Position numbers and translations under genes: made by a program. Of a stretch of DNA of 34,720 nucleotides, positions 28,740 to 34,720 are shown in pieces. Where the stretch lies: the sequence record DRR378314_1954. The stretch is one strand, 5' to 3'. Under the pieces are notes generated by a model. It ran no database searches, was not told the origin of the DNA, and saw nothing but the letters and a program-made list of their open reading frames with translations. Position 1 is the stretch's first letter. Each line of letters begins with the position of its first letter.

Positions 28740-29588
28740 CTAGTCCTCCGTGCGAAGATAGCGATACAGTCGTGTCTGGATCAGGTTGACCGCGATCAGC
28801 AAGAGCAATGACAGCCCCAGGAGCGTGCCGGCAATGGCCGCCGCGGCGGGATAGTCGAATTCATCGAGTCGGATCAGAATCAGAAGCGAGGCGATCTCGG
28901 TCTTGAAAGGCAGGTTGCCGGCGATGAAGATCACAGCGCCGAATTCGCCCAGCGACCTCACAAACGACAAGGACACCCCGGTCAGAATCGCCGGCAAGAG
29001 CGGGCGCAGAATCACCATAAGGAACCACTGCACACCATTTGCCCCAAGCGTCAATGCGGCGGCTTCCTCGTCCGGGTCCAGTTCTTCGATTGCAGGCTGG
29101 ATAGCACGCACCGCAAAAGGCACCGATGTAAAGACCATAGCGATCACGATGCCCCACCATGTGTATGCAATCTTGACATCCAGCTCCGCCAGCAGGCCGC
29201 CGATCCAGCCAGATTTATCATAGAGTGCGACCAGCGCGATCCCGGCCACAGCTGTCGGCAGGGCAAAGGGGATATCAACCAACGCATCCAGAATACCGCG
29301 ACCGGGAAAACGGTAGCGGACCAGAACCCAGGCAATCAACAGCCCGAACACACCGTTGATCGCTGTCGCCAATGCGGCCGCGGACAAGGTGACCTTCAGC
29401 GCCGCCAGCACCCGCCTCGATCCGACCACACGCAGGTAGTCACTCGGGCTCAACTGCGCGAGATGCCACAGCACCCCACTGAGCGGCAGCAGAATAATCA
29501 GGGTCACGAACAGGAGCGTGATGCCCAGCGACAGGGAAAACCCCGGCACGACGCGCGGGGCAGAACGGGTCAGGGAAACCACTTTCAA
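28740..29588 (-). CDS. cysT: Sulfate ABC transporter permease CysT
   Basis: PGFSLSLG, DIPFALPTAVAGIAL and SLGEFGAVIFIAGNLP. The start may be GTG 29582. Confidence 0.92.
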   Translation of the reverse strand: MKVVSLTRSAPRVVPGFSLSLGITLLFVTLIILLPLSGVLWHLAQLSPSDYLRVVGSRRVLAALKVTLSAAALATAINGVFGLLIAWVLVRYRFPGRGILDALVDIPFALPTAVAGIALVALYDKSGWIGGLLAELDVKIAYTWWGIVIAMVFTSVPFAVRAIQPAIEELDPDEEAAALTLGANGVQWFLMVILRPLLPAILTGVSLSFVRSLGEFGAVIFIAGNLPFKTEIASLLILIRLDEFDYPAAAAIAGTLLGLSLLLLIAVNLIQTRLYRYLRTED

Positions 29589-29604
29589 ACTCCAATGTTA
29601 GAGG

Positions 29605-29628
29605 AACCCGGCACGCGCGTGCCGGGTT
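29605..29628. repeat. Perfect 24-bp palindrome between cysP and cysT
   Basis: AACCCGGCACGC|GCGTGCCGGGTT. Probable mRNA-stabilising or partial-terminator hairpin. Confidence 0.7.
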
Positions 29629-29633
29629 TGATC

Positions 29634-30671
29634 TCAGTTCTCGAAAACCTGTTCCAGCGTACCGCCAGACCCAAAGTGTGTTTCCTGCGCCTGTGCCCAG
29701 CTGCCAAAGACCTCATCGACAGTGATCAGGCGCACTTCGGGAAACTTGTCGGCAGTGGCAGCGATCACATCGGGGTGATGCACCCGGTTGTTGAAACCGG
29801 CAATAATCTCCTGTGCCTCCTCCGAATAGAGGAAGTCGAGATAGGCTTCACCCACGGCCCGGGTCCCACGCGCATCCGCCACCTTGTCGACCAGTGCGAC
29901 AGGAAATTCCGCCAGCAGAGAGATCGCCGGAACCACCCGTTCATATGCGCCGTCGTCTTCGCTGGCCCGGATGTTTTCCACTTCCGCTTCAAAGGTGATC
30001 AGCACATCGCCCAGTTCACGCTCGACAAAGCTGGTCGTCGCGCCTCGACCGCCCGTGTCGAAGACCACCACATTTTTGAGAATCTTGCCGACGAAATCCT
30101 GTGCAGCCGCATCATCGCCACCAAATTTGTCCAACGCGTATGCGTAGGAAGCAAGGTAGGTATAGCGCGCATTGCCGCTGGTCTTTGGATTCGGAAACAC
30201 GATCTCCACATCATCGCGGATCAGATCGTCCCAATCTGCGATGTCCTTCGGGTTACCCCCGCGGACAAGAAAGGCCGGGAGAGAATAATAGGGTGATGCG
30301 TTGTTGGGCAGCTTCTGCTGCCAGTCTCCGGCAACAAATCCCTTGTCGGCCAGGATCTGCACATCCAGCACCTGATTGAACGTCACCAGATCTGCCTGCA
30401 AACCCTGCAGGATTGCACGAGCCTGCTTGGAAGAGCCGGCGTGGCTTTGCTTGATAGTCAGGGTTTCTGCCGCTTCAGCCTGCCAATGCTCAGAAAACAC
30501 CGGATTGAGAGCAGCATAGAGTTCGCGTGCAATGTCATAGGAGACATTCAGAATTTCAGGTTCTTCGGCATGTACGGGGCTGGAGAGACCGGCAAACGCG
30601 ATGGCTGCGGCTCCGACGCTGCGAAACAGGATGCGAGAAGAACGGAGAAACACGTTGAAAGGAAGGGACAT
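29634..30671 (-). CDS. cysP: Thiosulfate/sulfate-binding periplasmic protein
   Basis: Signal peptide, LNVSYDIARELY, QSHAGSSKQA...VTFNQV (CysP-type) and PNPKTSGNARY. GGAG RBS before ATG 30671. Confidence 0.9.
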   Translation of the reverse strand: MSLPFNVFLRSSRILFRSVGAAAIAFAGLSSPVHAEEPEILNVSYDIARELYAALNPVFSEHWQAEAAETLTIKQSHAGSSKQARAILQGLQADLVTFNQVLDVQILADKGFVAGDWQQKLPNNASPYYSLPAFLVRGGNPKDIADWDDLIRDDVEIVFPNPKTSGNARYTYLASYAYALDKFGGDDAAAQDFVGKILKNVVVFDTGGRGATTSFVERELGDVLITFEAEVENIRASEDDGAYERVVPAISLLAEFPVALVDKVADARGTRAVGEAYLDFLYSEEAQEIIAGFNNRVHHPDVIAATADKFPEVRLITVDEVFGSWAQAQETHFGSGGTLEQVFEN

Positions 30672-30948
30672 CTGAGACTCCGTAATTCGGGAAATATATG
30701 CCTGCATATCTGTCAGGTTTTCCCGTGACTGCAATGGCTTGCGGGGCATTCAGGTCTGTCATTCCAAAGTTCCCGAGCCACGCGAACAGGTGTTCCTGTT
30801 TCCGCGTCCGTCCAAGAACGGCGCCGCATCCGACGCCCCTGATGGTGCCAGCCCGCACGCATCATGCGCCAAGATCGGTAACAACGAAAAACCTGCCACC
30901 GGAGAGGAAACAGGTTCATGTCAGCATAAAGATGTGGCGAGCGAGACC

Positions 30949-31188
30949 TCAGCCCTCCTCGCGCTCCATGTCTTCGAGCATCTTGCGCGCGCGCGGGCAC
31001 GCCAGACGTTCGCGCAAGGGGCTGTCGGGGTCGATGTCCTTTTTGCAGACCACGCATTGATCCGCATCTGAAATCGCGTTCAATCCGCCGCAGCTGCCTT
31101 TGATGGTGCGGCCACTGAACAGAACGCCGAAGGCCATGCCCAGCATCACGATCAGGAACAGTCCGAAGGTCAGGATGAACGTCGACAT
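30949..31188 (-). CDS. nqrM: Na+-NQR maturation factor NqrM
   Basis: Single N-terminal TM helix, then IKGSCGGL...CVVC...C. Directly downstream of apbE. Confidence 0.88.
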   Translation of the reverse strand: MSTFILTFGLFLIVMLGMAFGVLFSGRTIKGSCGGLNAISDADQCVVCKKDIDPDSPLRERLACPRARKMLEDMEREEG

Positions 31189-31228
31189 GTCATGCTCCCC
31201 TTTCCCGGCGAAACGCCGGACAGTCGGT

Positions 31229-32260
31229 TCAGGCGGTCAGCGCAGCAAAGCGATCAGACGCCGTGGATTTGAACCCCGTTTCGCCGTTTGCCGCCGCACG
31301 GTCAATAAACAGAACCGCCATATCACGATCATTTGCGATCTCGAGCCCGCGCTCGCGGCCCATGACCAGCATTGCGGTCGCCCAAGCATCCGCCAGCATC
31401 GCATTGTCGGTCAGAACAGTGACAGAGGCGGTGTCATGCGTCACCGGACGGCCAGTGGTGGCGTCGATGATGTGCGAGTACCGGGTGCCGTCGTAGTCAA
31501 AGAAGTTGCGATAATCGCCGGAGGTCGCCATCCCCATGTCGGACAGGCCAACAACCTGCGTCACGCCACGATCAAATGCCTGCGGCGTCTCGATGCCGAT
31601 CTGCCAAGGCTGACCCTCGGGGTTGCGACCTGCAGTATAAAGGTCACCACCGATTTCGACCATATAGTCGGTGATACCATAGCCCTTGAGCACGGCAGCA
31701 ACCTGATCGACACCAAAGCCCTTGCCGATCGACGACAGGTAGACTTCGGCACCGCTGTTCAGCTTCTTGAGACCACCGGCCTCCAGCTCCACCGACTGAG
31801 CCTGACCACAGCAGGCCATGGCCTGTGCAATATCAGCGTCGGACGGCATGTCGCTGCGGGTTTGCCCGGCGCCAAAGCCCCAGAGGTCGATCAACGCACC
31901 AACGGTGACGTCGAATGCGCCATCACTTGCCACATGCACGTCCTGCGCGGTCTGCATCACGTGATGCAGTTCGCCGGACACCGACAGGCTCTCGCCTGCC
32001 GCGGCCGCGTTGAAGCGCGAAATCTCGGAAGACGCATCCCAGTTGGACATCTGCACGTTGACCTGACCCAGGGCCTGGTCGACTGCGGACTGCAGTTCAG
32101 CCTGGTCGATGGACTTGCTGTGGTCGATGGCGACGATCGAGTAGTTGGTGCCCATCGTCAGCCCACTAAGTTCCAGCAGGGACCATCCTTTCTTGCAAGC
32201 CATCAGTGCAAGTGGCATGACCATGAAACTACGGCGAGAAAGGAGAAGAGGGTTCGTCAA
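31229..32260 (-). CDS. apbE: FAD:protein FMN transferase
   Basis: Tat/lipoprotein-like signal SRRSF...LMAC, GLTMGT, IGKGFGVD, VEIGGD, ATSGDYRN, SHIID and ADAWATA. TTG 32260 follows GGAG. Confidence 0.93.
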   Translation of the reverse strand: MTNPLLLSRRSFMVMPLALMACKKGWSLLELSGLTMGTNYSIVAIDHSKSIDQAELQSAVDQALGQVNVQMSNWDASSEISRFNAAAAGESLSVSGELHHVMQTAQDVHVASDGAFDVTVGALIDLWGFGAGQTRSDMPSDADIAQAMACCGQAQSVELEAGGLKKLNSGAEVYLSSIGKGFGVDQVAAVLKGYGITDYMVEIGGDLYTAGRNPEGQPWQIGIETPQAFDRGVTQVVGLSDMGMATSGDYRNFFDYDGTRYSHIIDATTGRPVTHDTASVTVLTDNAMLADAWATAMLVMGRERGLEIANDRDMAVLFIDRAAANGETGFKSTASDRFAALTA

Positions 32261-32428
32261 AGGGCCTACTCCGCTAGTGCTTCTGTTAAGGGACGCGAGG
32301 TTCCAAGAGCTTCTGGGACAGAAAGAACGCGGGTTCAACAGTAAATCGGATTTTTTCGCTCTAAAGAACTTTCAAACCGCGTCGCAGTAACGCATAAGAG
32401 CGCCGGAAAATGGACAGGACATGAAGAC

Positions 32429-33772
32429 GTGCAGCAACATACGTTGAAAAAAGGTCTCGATGTTCCGGTGCTGGGGGCACCTGACACCAGAATCGAAGAC
32501 GCAGCAGAAGTCCGGACCGTCGCCATCCTCGGGCAGGACTATATTGGCCTGAAGCCTCGGCTTTCAGTTCAGGAAGGCGACGTGATTGCAGCAGGCGCTC
32601 CGGTGTTTGCGCATAAGGACACGCCAGAGGTACGGGTCACCGCGCCGGTTTCGGGACGCGTAAAAGCGATCAACCGCGGCGCGCGCCGTGTGCTGGTCAG
32701 CGTCGAGATCGAAGTGGATGATTCTGCCGCCGAGCCGGTGGATTTCTCCGCCATTGGCGATGAGAGCACCGCCGAAGGCCTGCGTGAGCGGCTCTGCACT
32801 TCGGGGCTATGGACGTCTTTCCGCACGCGCCCCTATTCAAAGGTGCCGGCATCGGATGCCGCCCCTGCTGCCATCTACGTGACGGCGATGGACAGCGAAC
32901 CCCTGTCGGGCGATGCGGCCACCATCATCAACGAACACGCCGAAGCCTTTGCGCGCGGCCTGTCCGCCGTGACAGTACTCTCTGACGGCAAGACCTACCT
33001 GTGTCAGGACAGCGGAGCCAGTATTCCCGGCGCCGATCTGGCGAGCGTGACGGCTGTCGGGTTTTCCGGCCCGCATCCGGCGGGTCTGGCGGGCACCCAT
33101 ATGCATTTCCTGGAGCCCCCCAGCGGCGAGAAAACCGTCTGGACCATCGGCTATCATGACATCATCGCCATTGGTCAGTTGCTGCTGACCGGGCGGCTGG
33201 ATCCGTTCCGCACCATTGCCCTTTCGGGCCCCGAATGCAGCCGTCCGCGTCTGGTCCGCACCCGCGTGGGCGCGTCGATGACCGATCTTTGCGCAGAGGA
33301 TCTTGGCCGCGACACGCCAATCCGCGTTATCTCCGGCTCCATCCTGTCCGGGCGCGCCGGAGAGGGTCCAACCGCATATCTTGGTCGCTATGCGCGCCAG
33401 ATCACGCTGATCAAGGAAGACCGCGAGCAGATCCCGCTGGGCTGGATTCGCCCGATGGCGTCGAAATACGCGGTGCAGCCGGTGTTGGGCTCTGCCTTCT
33501 CGAAAAAGCTGCACGCGCTGACGTCCAACCTTAACGGCGGCCGCCGCGCCATGGTGCCGATCGGCACATTCGAACAGCTGATGCCGCAGGATTTCCTGCC
33601 AACGCAGCTGCTGCGGGCGCTGCTGGTGATGGACACCGACCAGGCACAGGCCTTGGGCGCGCTGGAGCTGGACGAAGAAGATCTGGGCCTCTGCGGTTTT
33701 GCCTGCCCGGCCAAATATGAATATGGCCTCGCCCTGCGCGACAGCCTCAGCAAGATCGAAAGAGAGGGATAA
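32429..33772 (+). CDS. nqrA: Na+-translocating NADH:quinone reductase subunit A
   Basis: KKGLDVP, FRTRPYSK, GPHPAG, ISGSILSG, LELDEEDL and CPAKYEYG. Confidence 0.95.
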   Translation: MQQHTLKKGLDVPVLGAPDTRIEDAAEVRTVAILGQDYIGLKPRLSVQEGDVIAAGAPVFAHKDTPEVRVTAPVSGRVKAINRGARRVLVSVEIEVDDSAAEPVDFSAIGDESTAEGLRERLCTSGLWTSFRTRPYSKVPASDAAPAAIYVTAMDSEPLSGDAATIINEHAEAFARGLSAVTVLSDGKTYLCQDSGASIPGADLASVTAVGFSGPHPAGLAGTHMHFLEPPSGEKTVWTIGYHDIIAIGQLLLTGRLDPFRTIALSGPECSRPRLVRTRVGASMTDLCAEDLGRDTPIRVISGSILSGRAGEGPTAYLGRYARQITLIKEDREQIPLGWIRPMASKYAVQPVLGSAFSKKLHALTSNLNGGRRAMVPIGTFEQLMPQDFLPTQLLRALLVMDTDQAQALGALELDEEDLGLCGFACPAKYEYGLALRDSLSKIEREG

Positions 33773-33776
33773 GACT

Positions 33777-34720
33777 TTGGGTCTTCGCAGTTTCTTTGAT
33801 CGGATCGAGCCGCAATTCCTGAAGGGTGGCCGATACGAAAAATTCTTCCCTGTCTACGAGATGGTGGAGAGCTTCATCTACACGCCCAAGACGGTGACCA
33901 CCGCCGCGCCCCATGCCCGTTCATATATCGATATGAAACGGATCATGACCTATGTGGTGCTGGCGACCATCCCCTGCATCCTGTTTGGCATGTACAACAC
34001 CGGCCTGCAGACCAATATGGCGATTGCCGAATATGGCGCCTCCGGCTGGCGCGCCGCCATTATCGAGATGCTGGGCATTGGCTTTGATCCCAACAACCCC
34101 TTTGCCAACATCATGCACGGGTTGCTGTATTTCCTGCCAATCTACGTCGTGACGCTGGTTGCGGGCGGCATCTTCGAGGTGATCTTTGCCGTGGTGCGCG
34201 GCCATGAGGTCAACGAAGGCTTCCTCGTGACCTCCATGCTCTACACGCTGATCCTGCCCGCCACGACGCCCCTGTGGCAGGTGGCGCTTGGGATCATCTT
34301 TGGCGTGGTGATCGGCAAGGAAGTCTTTGGCGGCACCGGCAAAAACTTCCTGAACCCTGCGCTGGTGGGTCGTGCCTTCCTCTATTTCGCCTATCCCGCC
34401 TATATGTCCGGCGACTCGATCTGGACCCCGGTGGACGGGTTCTCCGGTGCCACCGCACTGGCGATCGGCGCGTCTGATGGCGTTGCCGCCTTCCCAGAGC
34501 GCGGCATCGAGTGGATGGACGCCTTTGTCGGCACCATTCAGGGATCGTTTGGCGAAACCTCGACGCTGGCGATCCTGATCGGCCTGGCCTTCCTGCTGAT
34601 CGTCAAGATCGCCAACTGGCGACTGATCGTCGGCTGCCTTGGTGGCATGATCGCCTTCTCGACGCTGCTGAACTGGATCGGCTCCGACACCAACCCGATG
34701 TTCGCGATGCCCTGGTACTG
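33777..34720 (+). CDS. nqrB: Na+-NQR subunit B, partial; runs off the window edge
   Basis: Own translation from TTG 33777: MGLRSFFDRIEP...HEVNEGFLVTS...KEVFGGTGKNFLNPAL...DGFSGATAL (FMN-attachment SGAT). Confidence 0.95.
   Translation, partial: MGLRSFFDRIEPQFLKGGRYEKFFPVYEMVESFIYTPKTVTTAAPHARSYIDMKRIMTYVVLATIPCILFGMYNTGLQTNMAIAEYGASGWRAAIIEMLGIGFDPNNPFANIMHGLLYFLPIYVVTLVAGGIFEVIFAVVRGHEVNEGFLVTSMLYTLILPATTPLWQVALGIIFGVVIGKEVFGGTGKNFLNPALVGRAFLYFAYPAYMSGDSIWTPVDGFSGATALAIGASDGVAAFPERGIEWMDAFVGTIQGSFGETSTLAILIGLAFLLIVKIANWRLIVGCLGGMIAFSTLLNWIGSDTNPMFAMPWY

Noticed and set aside
30690-30940. SAM-type riboswitch upstream of cysP
   Set aside because: A hairpin exists near 30780-30806, but SAM-II and SAM-SAH consensus elements could not be matched.
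29463-32344. Long plus-strand ORFs 29463-30296 and 31100-32344
   Set aside because: Antisense to cysP and apbE; no recognisable protein features.

Overview
GC-rich alphaproteobacterial DNA, most likely from a marine Rhodobacteraceae/Roseobacter-group organism (inferred from Na+-NQR, Na+-coupled transporters and gene style). From left to right: the 5' end of a fasciclin-type secreted protein; a parDE toxin-antitoxin pair; a Na+/Ca2+ antiporter, metallophosphoesterase and DAG-kinase block; and a decaying 4-hydroxyproline catabolic operon (nonsense codon, frameshift and a deletion scar). A lipA relic and an alanine/glycine:Na+ symporter follow. Next is a small accessory islet with three orphan genes: a membrane protein behind a perfect AT-rich palindrome, and a co-oriented pair of Lys-rich proteins. 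That pair is the best candidate for an undescribed system. The remainder holds a pqiA-pqiA-pqiB-pqiC envelope transport operon, a GntR/TauE pair, a LysR-chvE-mmsAB oxidative L-arabinose cluster lacking only a lactonase, cysPTWA, nqrM-apbE and the start of the nqr operon (nqrA, partial nqrB). No rRNA, tRNA, CRISPR array or intact transposase was seen. All family calls come from motif recognition by eye, not database searches.
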